DNA of 64,000 nucleotides, taken from contig CAZHOJ010000001.1 in assembly GCA_964534125.1 (NCBI GenBank), positions 689,484 through 753,483 on the forward strand. The letters are read 5' to 3'. The notes under the pieces are model-generated. The model was not told the origin of the DNA. It saw only the letters and a list, made by a program, of their open reading frames with translations, and ran no database searches. Positions 16,843-26,053 of the stretch are shown here, in pieces. Position 1 is the stretch's first letter. Each line of letters starts with the position of its first letter. This DNA is from an uncultured Ignavibacteriaceae bacterium. Lineage in GTDB: Bacteria; Bacteroidota; Ignavibacteria; UBA10030. The position numbers and the translations under genes are program-made.

Positions 16843-19788
16843 TCATAGTGTGAAATGGGCGCCGAAACTTATCGACCGCGGGTTGGGGATGGACTGGGAG
16901 TCCGCACCGCGATGGATGACGGACGACCCTCCCACAGACACCTCGGGATCGAGGCCCTCATAGTTCGAGAACGTCAGGACGTTCCGCGCCGCGAGCGAGA
17001 CGGCGATGTTCTTGAAGCCGATCGCTCCTGTCCACTCCTTCGGAAGCGAGTAGCGTACGGAGACCTCGCGCAGCTTCAGGTAGCTGCCGTCCTCGATCAT
17101 CTCGTCGCTGAAGCGGTTCGCCAGCTTGAAGAAGGTGATGATCGCCTGCACCTGCTCTGGCGTCCGCTGCGGACCGGCGACCGCACTGGCCGCCACATAG
17201 GCGTCCCAGTGGGCCTGCGTGAACTCGTCGTCGAAGATGCCTGCACGACGCTTCGACTCCTTCGACAGGTTGAAGATCTTGTGCCCCGTGGCTCCCGTAA
17301 AGTTCACGGTCACCGACAGATTGTCAGTGATCGAGACGTCCGTCAGGAAATTGCCGGTGAGCGTCGGGATGACCTTCCCCCGGTATGTGGCCGGTCCGAC
17401 CGACATGTTCCCGTACTCGTCGAACACCTGTGTCTGGACGTACAGCTCCGGCACAGCATGCCCTTCCTCGATACGGAGGATGTACAAGTTCCCGAACGGC
17501 GTGCTGTTGTAGGCAAAGCCGCCGTCGTCCAGGACCACGTTGTCATACGTTGTCACGTTGAGACGGGAGAACCATCTGAAGGATCCCGACTGGACTGGAA
17601 CACCGAACAGGGAGAGCTCCCACCCACGGGTCCGCACGGACCCGAGGTTATAGTCCTGCTGGCGGTTCCCGTACCCGTCTGAGGGTTTCGTCTCCACCGT
17701 GAAGATGTCGTCATACGTCGTCTGGTGATAGTAGGTCGCCTCGAACCCGAGCCGGTTCTCGAAGAACGCGAGGTCGAGCCCGGCCTCGTACTCCTTCGAC
17801 ACGGCAGGACGGAGGTCGGGATTGCCGGGCCGGCGGACGTAGAACGCCTGGATATCGCCGTTCAGATCGTCCTTGCGGTACTCCAGCTGCGCCGCACCGA
17901 CGGGGGGCTGACGACCCGCTTCGCCGTACGTCGCGCGGACCTTCGCCATCGACATGTATGGGACGATCCCTTCCACGGGCAGCAGATACGACGCCGACGC
18001 CTTGGGGTAGAACTGGGATGAGGCATCCGTGCCGAACGAGCTCGATTTGTCAAGCCTTCCCCCCAGCGTCAGGAAAAGCCTGCTCCACAGGTCGAACTGC
18101 GCCTGACTGAAGATGGATCCGGTCGTGAACAGCTGATGGATCTCGGAAATGTCGTAGCTCGTCGGGTCGCCGTCGTCGATCCGGCGGTCAGCTCCCGGGG
18201 CGAACGACGTGCTGTTCGCGTTCATGAAATCACGCTTCCGGCGGTAGTAGTCGAGCCCGACAGACAGGTCGACGCCGATGTCATCCGTCACTGCCATCGT
18301 CCCGGACAGGATCGATTGCAGGTTGTATGCGGACACCGACTGCTGGTCCTGGCTCCGATAGCCCGAACGGTAGAGCCGGAAACCGGACTGGATCTCGACC
18401 GTCTGCATCAGGTCGAGATTCTCGTACCCGATGCGCGATTCGAAATTGAGGCCCAACGGAAGCTTGGCCGTGTACTCGACCCCGCCGCTGTACCTGTTGT
18501 TGCGGTAGGTGTTCGTGAACTTGTCGAATTCGTCGATGCTCACGTACGTCCGCCCGTCATACGGGTTCCGCCATTCGGTGCGCGCATCGATCGAATCGTG
18601 CCTGAAGATGGTCTGGAACCAGGGAGACCACGTCGAGTTGTCCGCCTCAGGCCTGACCGTCACGTCGCGATTATAGCTGCCGTGCACTTTCAGGTTGTGC
18701 TGCGGCGTGATCGTGTACGTGAAGTTTCCCTTCACGTCCACGTTGTCGTTCCTGCTCGACAGGAACCCGACGTTCGCATTCCGTACACGCGCTGCGGTAT
18801 GGAAGCGATACTGCGCACCCGCTCCGGAGATGCTCAGCTGGTTCATCGTCGTGCCGAGGCTCGACGCGTCCAGCACTTGCTTTGCGGCCCGGGGAAGCTT
18901 GTCATCATACAGCGACCAGTCCGCATACGAGTACTCCGTCGAATAGGAGTAGGTCGTCACGCCGGGAGCGAGCCCCGCCCCCGACTTCGTGAAGATCTGG
19001 ATGACCCCGTTGGCCGCGTCGGACCCGTAGAGGACCGCCGCAGAGGGACCCTTGAGGATCTCGACACGATCGATATCCGACGCGTTGAGCATGTTGAGCG
19101 TGCTCACGGATTGTCCGCCGCGTCCGTCCCACGATGACGCACTCGCATCGTTGTACGTATCAAGCTGGGAGAAACGCACCCCATCGACGATGATGAGCGG
19201 CTGGATGTTGCCGGTGAGCGAGTTCGCCCCCCGGAGCTGGACGAGCGATCCCGTCCCCGCCATGCCGCTGCTGTTCAGGACCTGCACGCCCGTCGTCCGG
19301 CCGTCGAACGCGTCCGTGATACTGCGAACAGGGACCTTCTCGATGTCCTCTGTCTTGAACGTGCTGATGGCGTTCCCGAGGCGCGCTTTCGTTGCCGGGA
19401 GGCCGCCGGACCCCGTCACGATGACCTCGTCGAACTGCAGAATGTCCTGACGAAGGGCGATGTCCTCCGTGACCGTGGTTCCAACGTCTATCCGTATGGT
19501 GCGCTCCTGCTTGGAGTACCCGACGAATCGGAACTGCACGACGTATTCCCCGGCGGGAACCTCGACCGCATAGGCGCCGTCGATGTCCGTGCTGGTACCC
19601 AGCGTGGTCCCGACCAGGAGAATGTTGGCGCCAACAAGCGGCTCGCGCGTGCTGGCATCGGTAATGCGTCCCTGGAGCGTTCCGCCCGGACGCTGGGCCA
19701 TCGAGACAGACAAACAGGCCAGCATCAGGAGGGCGACTGCAGGGATCTTCGGCTTCAACGGTAGCTGTGCGATCATGCGACCTCCCAT
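16843..19788 (-). CDS. SusC/RagA-family TonB-dependent receptor
   Basis: 981 aa. Signal peptide, a CarboxypepD_reg-like N-domain (GTLQGRITDASTREPLVGANILLVGT..GAYAVEVPAGEYVVQFRFVGY), a plug (FDEVIVTGSG...IEKVPVRSITDAF) and a long barrel ending ...ISFGAHFTL. Confidence 0.9.
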   Translation of the reverse strand: MGGRMIAQLPLKPKIPAVALLMLACLSVSMAQRPGGTLQGRITDASTREPLVGANILLVGTTLGTSTDIDGAYAVEVPAGEYVVQFRFVGYSKQERTIRIDVGTTVTEDIALRQDILQFDEVIVTGSGGLPATKARLGNAISTFKTEDIEKVPVRSITDAFDGRTTGVQVLNSSGMAGTGSLVQLRGANSLTGNIQPLIIVDGVRFSQLDTYNDASASSWDGRGGQSVSTLNMLNASDIDRVEILKGPSAAVLYGSDAANGVIQIFTKSGAGLAPGVTTYSYSTEYSYADWSLYDDKLPRAAKQVLDASSLGTTMNQLSISGAGAQYRFHTAARVRNANVGFLSSRNDNVDVKGNFTYTITPQHNLKVHGSYNRDVTVRPEADNSTWSPWFQTIFRHDSIDARTEWRNPYDGRTYVSIDEFDKFTNTYRNNRYSGGVEYTAKLPLGLNFESRIGYENLDLMQTVEIQSGFRLYRSGYRSQDQQSVSAYNLQSILSGTMAVTDDIGVDLSVGLDYYRRKRDFMNANSTSFAPGADRRIDDGDPTSYDISEIHQLFTTGSIFSQAQFDLWSRLFLTLGGRLDKSSSFGTDASSQFYPKASASYLLPVEGIVPYMSMAKVRATYGEAGRQPPVGAAQLEYRKDDLNGDIQAFYVRRPGNPDLRPAVSKEYEAGLDLAFFENRLGFEATYYHQTTYDDIFTVETKPSDGYGNRQQDYNLGSVRTRGWELSLFGVPVQSGSFRWFSRLNVTTYDNVVLDDGGFAYNSTPFGNLYILRIEEGHAVPELYVQTQVFDEYGNMSVGPATYRGKVIPTLTGNFLTDVSITDNLSVTVNFTGATGHKIFNLSKESKRRAGIFDDEFTQAHWDAYVAASAVAGPQRTPEQVQAIITFFKLANRFSDEMIEDGSYLKLREVSVRYSLPKEWTGAIGFKNIAVSLAARNVLTFSNYEGLDPEVSVGGSSVIHRGADSQSIPNPRSISFGAHFTL

Positions 19789-20156
19789 AAGAAGATGTGA
19801 GTGTGTAAGCGCGCACTGGCAGGAAATTCGCCATGCGGCAAAAAGACGATAGGTATCGGGTTTCCTGCGGGTTACGGGGAGGTGCCGGTCAGGTTGGAAC
19901 TTAGCGATGAGGCACAGCTATCGGGGGTTGAACAGCGTGCCAGGAGGCATGAGATGCTTGCGTGCGACGGAACTGCGAGTCGTTCCTGTCAGGGCATGTG
20001 CGGCGGTCGAGTGGTCCGCGGGACGGGGCCAATGGACCGGTCTGCAGATCCTACGATGATCCCCGGACGGAGTTCAGGAGATTCGACAAGGAGGAGAATG
20101 ATGGAGTTGAATAGGGATGGCACAGCGACGGGCTGCGCACGGTTCGGGATGGCCGG

Positions 20157-20954
20157 TCAGATTGCGTTCTGAAAGAACAGCGAAAACCTGTTCTTATATC
20201 CGCGGCTGAGCGTCAGCTCGGTCCTGTCGGCGAGGACCACCTGATAATCGCCGTGATACATCGGCCGGAGCTCGCTGATGCGATCGACGCGGACGATAGT
20301 GGAGCGGTGGATGCGGGCGAATTGCGAGGGGTCGAGCCGTTTCTCGAGGTCGCTGATCTTAGCCCGGAGGATATGCTTCTTACCGCCGCTGTAGACATGG
20401 ACATAGTCGGCAGCAGCCTCGATCCAATCGACGTCCTTCGTGCGGACGAGATAGAGCCTGTCCTTGGCCCTGATGAGGAGCCTGTCGAGATACCAGGCCT
20501 GTTCGACAACCCCGTTCCCTCCCGGCGGTCCTGTAGCTGGCCCAGCGGTGAAGGCCAGAACCTTGTCATTGCGGGAAACGGCATCCCGCACCCGCTTCAT
20601 AGTGAGATGCAGACGCTCCGGCGTGAAGGGCGTGAGGATGTAGTCGATGGCCTGATAGTCGAACGCTTTCAAGGCCTGGTCTTTGAAGGCTGAGATGAAA
20701 ACGACACCTGGACGCTCGTCCTCTTTGAGGGCGTCAAGGACCTCAAAACTGTCCCTGCCCCCCCGGAGGAAACCCAGGAATGCCACGTCCGGGGCATGCG
20801 AACGGATCAGGGAGAGCGGGTCCCGGCCGTCAGACGCGTCGACGATCAGCTCGACGTCCGATTGCCGTGCAAGAAGACGCTCCAGATACTCCCTGTCCTG
20901 AATATCATCATGGACAACGAGGATCCGTATAGGATGTTGTCGAAGTGTCATCAT
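20157..20954 (-). CDS. LytTR-family response regulator with degenerate (Asp-less) receiver domain
   Basis: 265 aa. The C-terminal LytTR DNA-binding domain runs from DWIEAAADYVHVY to HRSTIVRVDRI. At the expected phospho-acceptor position the receiver reads PDVAFLGFLRGGRDSFEV, with Gly where Asp is expected. No kinase is adjacent. Confidence 0.75.
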   Translation of the reverse strand: MMTLRQHPIRILVVHDDIQDREYLERLLARQSDVELIVDASDGRDPLSLIRSHAPDVAFLGFLRGGRDSFEVLDALKEDERPGVVFISAFKDQALKAFDYQAIDYILTPFTPERLHLTMKRVRDAVSRNDKVLAFTAGPATGPPGGNGVVEQAWYLDRLLIRAKDRLYLVRTKDVDWIEAAADYVHVYSGGKKHILRAKISDLEKRLDPSQFARIHRSTIVRVDRISELRPMYHGDYQVVLADRTELTLSRGYKNRFSLFFQNAI

Positions 20955-21275
20955 CGAGGGGTGGCAGTCGTCCAGCGGGTGGGGTGATGCGCGGACACAT
21001 GCACGGTGAAGCTATCTGTGTTAGATACGCCAGCATCTTTATGAAGTTGCGGGCGGGAGGGCCCCGGAGATGCCCAAAATCAGGCCCTTTTGCGCCTCCC
21101 GTCGTGACGCGGAGTGACCGTCATCCCTCCCATCATAGACCACTGCCGGTTCATCGCAGTCCGGGGACGATTCGTCGCAAAATGCCAACCTTCACATCCA
21201 TGAGCCGTACGAATCAGCAGGACAGTTTTGCACCGGGTCTTTCAGAAACATTCATCATCATCGCAGGAGGTCGGT

Positions 21276-21740
21276 ATGAAAAAGCTCATCGTTGTGCTGG
21301 TGGCTGTGGGCATCTGTGGTTTCGTCATGCCGGCACAGGCCCAGGACGAGGTGTTACCGCCGGGAGCGAACAGACCATTGATCATCGAGAACCTGGTCAT
21401 CGGGCTCCAGACGGACAACGCAGGCCTGCAGAGGAGCTGTGCACTGATGCTCGGCCAGATCTATGGAGAGGAAGCGGACATCCAGCTGATGTACGCAATG
21501 CGGAATGACAACGATCCCGAGGTCCGGATCGCAGCGGCGTGGGCGTTGTGCCGACTCGGGGGCAAGGTGGGGACCTACCTCGTGAAGCACAAGGCACGGT
21601 TCGAGGAGAACGAAAAGGTCAAGGCCCACGAGGCATTCTACTACGACACGTATGTGCAGAGGGGCGTGTTCAAGATCGTCGACATCCAGGTACCATCGAT
21701 CTCGGAGCTGTTCACGCCGGTACCAGTGACCTCACTCTGA
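21276..21740 (+). CDS. Secreted HEAT/PBS-lyase-repeat protein
   Basis: Trimmed to ATG 21276 (GGAGG 7 nt upstream). Signal peptide MKKLIVVLVAVGICGFVMPAQA. HEAT-like repeats (CALMLGQIYGE, DPEVRIAAAWALCRLGG). Confidence 0.5.
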   Translation: MKKLIVVLVAVGICGFVMPAQAQDEVLPPGANRPLIIENLVIGLQTDNAGLQRSCALMLGQIYGEEADIQLMYAMRNDNDPEVRIAAAWALCRLGGKVGTYLVKHKARFEENEKVKAHEAFYYDTYVQRGVFKIVDIQVPSISELFTPVPVTSL

Positions 21741-21759
21741 TCCTGCCTCAACAACACTG

Positions 21760-21803
21760 AACGGCATCCCCGGCTGCTACGCCGGCGGATGCCGTTCTCT
21801 TTA
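21760..21803 (+). terminator. Putative terminator hairpin after the HEAT-repeat gene
   Basis: AACGGCATCC-N16-GGATGCCGTT stem followed by CTCTTTATGTG. Confidence 0.4.
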
Positions 21804-21841
21804 TGTGACACTCAGCAATGTGACATCCGAGCGGGGGGATC

Positions 21842-23092
21842 TTACTCGTAGCGAAGCGCCTCGATCGGGTCCAGATTCGCCGCCTTCCACGCCGGATATA
21901 CACCGAATATGACGCCAATTGCTGTGCAGAGTATGACGGCGAACGAGGCCCAGTCGAGAGGAAAGATCGCCGGGATGTCGAGCAGAAGCGCGACGACATT
22001 CCCGCCAAGAACGCCCAGTATGATCCCGAAGAAGCCGCCGATCTGACAGAGAACGATCGCCTCTGTGAGGAACTGGACCAGAATGTTCGCCTTCCGGGCA
22101 CCGATGGCCTTCCGTATGCCGATCTCTTTAATGCGTTCAGAGACAGAAACGAGCATGATGTTCATGATGCCGACGCCTGCCGCGAGAAGCGCGATGAACG
22201 ATATGAATGCGACACCCATCTTCACGTACTTGGTGAAATCGTTGAACTGCTCTATCATCGAATCGTTCGAGAAGATGCTGAAATCATCAGGGTCTGCCGG
22301 ATCGACCTTCCGGGCCGTCCGGAGGATGAATCGTGCCTCGTCCAGGCATTCGTCATACAGCTCCGGCGCCTTTGCTTTCACCATGATGTTCATCGAACGA
22401 TAAGACCCGAAATCGTTGAGGAAGGCCGTCAGCGGCACGACAACGAACCAGTCGTTCGATCCTCCGAGTGATGCGCCCCGCGGCTCGAATGTCCCGATGA
22501 CCGTATAGCGCTTCTCGTCCACCTTCACGTCCTGGCCTACGGGATTGCCATAGGGAAACACCTTTTTCACGACATCGCTACCGAGGATGACCACCTTCGA
22601 GTCGGAACGCATGTCATTCTCGTTCAGACCCCGGCCCGTCGCCACCGGCCAGTTGTTCGTGATGAGGCCGTCAGGGTTCTCTCCGTAAAGTGCGACACGC
22701 GGGTCCGTCTGCTCCCCGCCGATCGACTTGACGACCCGCCCTCCCCGCCGGACCTCGATGCCCACATGGCTTGCGCGTGTTATCTTTTCCTTCACGGCGC
22801 GTGCATGCTCGTACGTGATGTCTTTCCTGTTCCGCGCGGCGATCCGTTCTGCCCGCGAGGCCATCATCGGCCATTTCTGGATCTGGAAGGTATTGGCCCC
22901 GAGATCGCTGAACCCTTCCTCGATGCTGTTCTGCAGGACATCGACAGCAGTCATGACACCAATGATAGAGAAGACACCGATAACGATGCCCAGCAGTGTG
23001 AGGATGGACCTGAGCTTGTTCGCCCGGATCGCATTAAACGCAAGTATGATGATCTCCATGGCCCTCAGTGCAAACGGATTACCTGATTTCAT
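21842..23092 (-). CDS. ABC transporter permease, FtsX/MacB family with periplasmic MacB-like domain
   Basis: About 416 aa from ATG 23092. N-terminal TM (LRSILTLLGIVIGVFSIIGV), a large periplasmic domain, and three C-terminal TM helices of FtsX type. No ATPase partner in the window. Confidence 0.75.
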   Translation of the reverse strand: MKSGNPFALRAMEIIILAFNAIRANKLRSILTLLGIVIGVFSIIGVMTAVDVLQNSIEEGFSDLGANTFQIQKWPMMASRAERIAARNRKDITYEHARAVKEKITRASHVGIEVRRGGRVVKSIGGEQTDPRVALYGENPDGLITNNWPVATGRGLNENDMRSDSKVVILGSDVVKKVFPYGNPVGQDVKVDEKRYTVIGTFEPRGASLGGSNDWFVVVPLTAFLNDFGSYRSMNIMVKAKAPELYDECLDEARFILRTARKVDPADPDDFSIFSNDSMIEQFNDFTKYVKMGVAFISFIALLAAGVGIMNIMLVSVSERIKEIGIRKAIGARKANILVQFLTEAIVLCQIGGFFGIILGVLGGNVVALLLDIPAIFPLDWASFAVILCTAIGVIFGVYPAWKAANLDPIEALRYE

Positions 23093-23370
23093 AGAAAAGT
23101 GGTTTGAGCCGCCAGCCAATGGCTCAGACCACTCTGTGCCAGACGCTCGTTCGTTTCTTGATCTGATGTACCGGGCTTCTTTACCTCAGTTTTCACGTAC
23201 AGCTACATCCATCCCTCTTCCTGCAACCTTTTTCCTCGTTCCATCTTGTGACCCCGGCTGGACTCCCCGCCCAAACGCCAGACCCTGGAGACGATCGCGT
23301 TTGGTCGGGCAGGGAACCAGCGACCTGCATATCTGCTTGTTCGTTCTTCCCTTTTCCTTCTTCCTTGTTG

Positions 23371-23444
23371 TGACCCCGGCGTGATTCGAACACGCGACCT
23401 ACGGCTTAGAAGGCCGTTGCTCTATCCAACTGAGCTACGGGGCC
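23371..23444 (-). tRNA. tRNA-Arg (anticodon TCT)
   Basis: The minus strand folds as GGCCCCG-TA-GCTCAGTTGGATAGAGC-A-ACGGC-CTTCTAA-GCCGT-AGGTC-GCGTGTTCGAATCACGC-CGGGGTC-A, a cloverleaf with anticodon TCT. No encoded CCA. Confidence 0.85.
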
Positions 23445-23482
23445 GAAGCATTGCAGATTGTAGATTGTAGATTGAAGACTGA
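23435..23482 (-). repeat. Direct repeat copy 1: tRNA-Arg 5' end (12 nt) + upstream leader containing GATTGTA heptamer array
   Basis: CTACGGGGCCGAAGCATTGCAGATTGTAGATTGTAGATTGAAGACTGA, 46/48 identical to 23748..23795. Confidence 0.7.
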
Positions 23483-23747
23483 TTGAGGTCTTGCGTAAGC
23501 TGACTTACATGAATCGCAAGAGACTCAGTGCCGAACGCTTGCCACGCCTGCGGCGTGGTCCTCAAAACGGCAAACGCTCCCCCTCGACTTCGCTCGGCGT
23601 CGCGGGCCGTTTTAGGAGAAGGCTGTTGCTCCCCGCCCGAACGACCGATCTCTGTCATTCCCGGTTCGGTCGATCGGGTATCCACCTGCCTGTCCGCCGA
23701 AGCCCCGAGCCGTGAGCCTGTCGAACGGCCGAAGGGCGCAGGCGGAA

Positions 23748-23795
23748 GCTACGGGGCCGAAACATTGCAGATTGTAGATTGTAGATTGAAGATTG
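23748..23795 (-). repeat. Direct repeat copy 2 (313 nt from copy 1)
   Basis: CTACGGGGCCGAAACATTGCAGATTGTAGATTGTAGATTGAAGATTGA. It duplicates the first 12 nt of the tRNA plus the heptamer array. Confidence 0.7.
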
Positions 23796-23853
23796 ACGAA
23801 TGACGATTGGAAGGTGAAAATTAGTCAATGTTCAGAGGGCTTGCAAACAGCCC

Positions 23854-23880
23854 ATAAAAAAGCCCTCCGAAGAGGGCTTT
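23854..23880 (-). terminator. Rho-independent terminator of the cytochrome c operon
   Basis: AAGCCCTC-CGAA-GAGGGCTT hairpin with AAAAA on the plus strand (T-run on minus), 23 nt downstream of the stop at 23903. A second hairpin GGGCT-TGCAAAC-AGCCC lies at 23837..23853. Confidence 0.6.
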
Positions 23881-23902
23881 CATGGAACACATCGGCAAGG
23901 CT

Positions 23903-24511
23903 TTATTGCTTCTCCCCGAAATCGCCCGGGAAGAACATGTCAGCCCCTCCCGGAACTTCGGCAGGCAGGGAAACCGGAGGCGTCGGGATCTTCTTGCGCA
24001 CCGGCTTCACGATCCTGAGGTATGCGACGATAGCCCGAAGGTCTTCCTCGGAAAAGTTGCTGAATCCGCCCCATGGCATGGCCCGGTAGTTTATCTGCCG
24101 TCCGGTGTGATAGATGCCGGACCGGAGCGCGCGGACAACCTGAGCATCCGTCAGCGCCCCGAGTCCCGTCTCTTCATCCGAAGTGAGGTTCGCTGCCACG
24201 ATGCCGCCCGCATCGTTGTTCCCGAGGAGGATGCCCCCTGAGAGATATTGCTCCAGATCGGGCCCTTCCGCACTCTGCGGCGTGTGGCAATCGGTGCAAC
24301 CGGCCGTATGGACCAGGTAGCTCCCCCGCTCCGCAATAAGCCGTTCGGCCGGGTCAGCGATGCCGCTGAGGTCCGATTGCACTGCGTGCGTCGGGGCGAT
24401 GAACTCCTCCTGAGGAATGAGCGTCAGAGGAGGAATGATCATCAGGAAGGCGATAAAGAGCACAGGGATCAGGATGGCCACAACAATGCCGATTCGCTTG
24501 AGGTTCTTCAT
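23903..24511 (-). CDS. Membrane-anchored mono-haem c-type cytochrome
   Basis: 202 aa. N-terminal TM (IGIVVAILIPVLFIAFLMIIPP), one CxxCH (CTDCH), and a class-I cytochrome c fold ending ...MPWGGF..LRAIVAYLRIV. ATGA overlap with the upstream cytochrome gene. Confidence 0.75.
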   Translation of the reverse strand: MKNLKRIGIVVAILIPVLFIAFLMIIPPLTLIPQEEFIAPTHAVQSDLSGIADPAERLIAERGSYLVHTAGCTDCHTPQSAEGPDLEQYLSGGILLGNNDAGGIVAANLTSDEETGLGALTDAQVVRALRSGIYHTGRQINYRAMPWGGFSNFSEEDLRAIVAYLRIVKPVRKKIPTPPVSLPAEVPGGADMFFPGDFGEKQ

Positions 24512-25830
24512 TTGGCCACCTCCTCTCCGCTCTCAAAGACCGAGGACATAGATTCTCCCTGTGCAGTCCCTGCATTACCGGGATGGATGTAGGACGGGAA
24601 CGGCTTCTTGAGAATGAGTGCCTGGAACTTCATCCAGAGATATGAGACGATGTTCGGCTCTTCACGCTCCGGTATGGCATTGCTGACCGGCGGGACCGTG
24701 CGGAGGTAGGCGATGATCGCGTCGATGTCCTCCGGCTTCATCCCGGCCAAGTTCGGCCAGGGCATCGGGAACGGCAGCATCCGACTCCCATCACTCGGGC
24801 GTATCCCCTTCGTCAGGGCATCGCGAATCTGGTCGTCGGTATACCGTCCGAGGCCCGTTTCCTTATCGGACGTCAGGTTCCCTGGATACAGACTTGTGAA
24901 GAACGGCTCGAGCGTCCATCGCTGGCCTCCGGCCAGATAGTATCCGTCCATCACGCTTCCATCCGGCGCAAGGGCCGAGTGGCAATCTCCGCAACCGTAC
25001 GTGGCGACGAGGTAGCGGCCCCATGAGACCGGATCGCTCTTTGTCTTTTCTGCCAGTGAGGAATAATGTGCTTCGAGCTCATCAGCTGCCATCTCCCACG
25101 TGGGTTTGCGTCGCAGGGATGAAACATACTGTGCGAGATCGTAGAGCTCCTGGTCTGAGACAGCTCCGGCATACGAGGCCATCTGTGTCCCATCGAGTCC
25201 CGTCCGCAACCGAAGGTAGATGTCGCTTACAGACGATCCCCCTCGGAAGCTCCACGGCTCCTTCAGATTCGCGGCTGCGGTAACCCTCCCGCGATGGTCC
25301 ACGAACTCCGTCACGAGTGCGTTGCGTCCTGCACCGTCCGTTCCGTGGCATCCCGCACATTCCAGCTTTTCGAATACCTTCTTCCCTTTCTGAACGCCCG
25401 ATTCCGGATACGAGGTCCGTCGCGGCACCGGTACCGCCTTCGGCTTCTCCCTGGCGAAACGGGGAGAAAGCGACTTGATATACGTTGTGACTGCCGCTAT
25501 CTCATCGTCGCTGATGATCCCCTTGAACGCCGGCATGGACGTTCCGGGTAATCCCTGCGAGATGCTCCGGACAAGGTCCCCGTCCGTAGGGATACTGCCC
25601 GATTCGGTCGAACGAATCTTATACACTCCGGTCGTGAAGTCCCTTGCCGGGACGCTCAGCATAGTGTTCGGGGGCCCGTCCCCCTTTCCTTCTGCGCCGT
25701 GACAGTATGCGCAACGCTCTTTGTATACTGCCTCGCCCGATACTCCCCCATTCTGGGCATTCAGCCCGACAACGGCTCCGCACAGGACCAGGATCCCGAA
25801 TGAGCACATGACAACAAAGCGAGACTTCAT
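24508..25830 (-). CDS. Tri-haem c-type cytochrome (three class-I cyt c domains)
   Basis: Trimmed to ATG 25830 (GAGGAGG upstream). Signal peptide MKSRFVVMCSFGILVLCGAVVGLNA. Three CxxCH motifs (CAYCH, CAGCH, CGDCH). The third domain is paralogous to the downstream mono-haem protein. Confidence 0.75.
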   Translation of the reverse strand: MKSRFVVMCSFGILVLCGAVVGLNAQNGGVSGEAVYKERCAYCHGAEGKGDGPPNTMLSVPARDFTTGVYKIRSTESGSIPTDGDLVRSISQGLPGTSMPAFKGIISDDEIAAVTTYIKSLSPRFAREKPKAVPVPRRTSYPESGVQKGKKVFEKLECAGCHGTDGAGRNALVTEFVDHRGRVTAAANLKEPWSFRGGSSVSDIYLRLRTGLDGTQMASYAGAVSDQELYDLAQYVSSLRRKPTWEMAADELEAHYSSLAEKTKSDPVSWGRYLVATYGCGDCHSALAPDGSVMDGYYLAGGQRWTLEPFFTSLYPGNLTSDKETGLGRYTDDQIRDALTKGIRPSDGSRMLPFPMPWPNLAGMKPEDIDAIIAYLRTVPPVSNAIPEREEPNIVSYLWMKFQALILKKPFPSYIHPGNAGTAQGESMSSVFESGEEVAK

Positions 25831-26053
25831 AGGCCTCCTCTGGTTTATGGGTGGATTGCGTGTGGTAGGTGGATTCTCAATTTTGAGAACGTAACAAAAT
25901 GAGTATGCAACTCCAACCGAAGTGCCAGATTTTTTTGCGCAATTCTCCCGCTCGCACGCGGGCATCGGCTCCCTAATGAGCACCAATCCCGGACCATTGA
26001 TTCGCTATCGCAAAACTGTACATTCTGGGCACATCAATCGACGGCCGATCCCA

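Noticed and set aside
19801-20172. 123-aa ORF in the SusC upstream region
   Set aside because: No RBS, Gly/Arg-rich, and it overlaps the 3' end of the LytTR gene. More likely promoter/leader sequence for SusC.
23422-23685. 87-aa ORF overlapping the tRNA-Arg and the repeat region
   Set aside because: It overlaps a confidently folded tRNA and structured repeats, and has no RBS.
23491-23747. tmRNA / RNase P / SRP RNA in the tRNA-adjacent structured insert
   Set aside because: No match to the conserved cores I know: the tmRNA 5' GGGG...TCCACCA ends, the RNase P GGAAAGTCCGGGCTCC / P4 motifs, or the SRP domain IV GGAAGCAGCC. Left as an unassigned structured region.
23435-23810. Integrated mobile element / genomic island at tRNA-Arg
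   Set aside because: Only about 265 nt lie between the duplicated segments, and no integrase, transposase or phage genes exist anywhere in the window. The observation is kept as a finding (scar or regulatory duplication), not called a mobile element.
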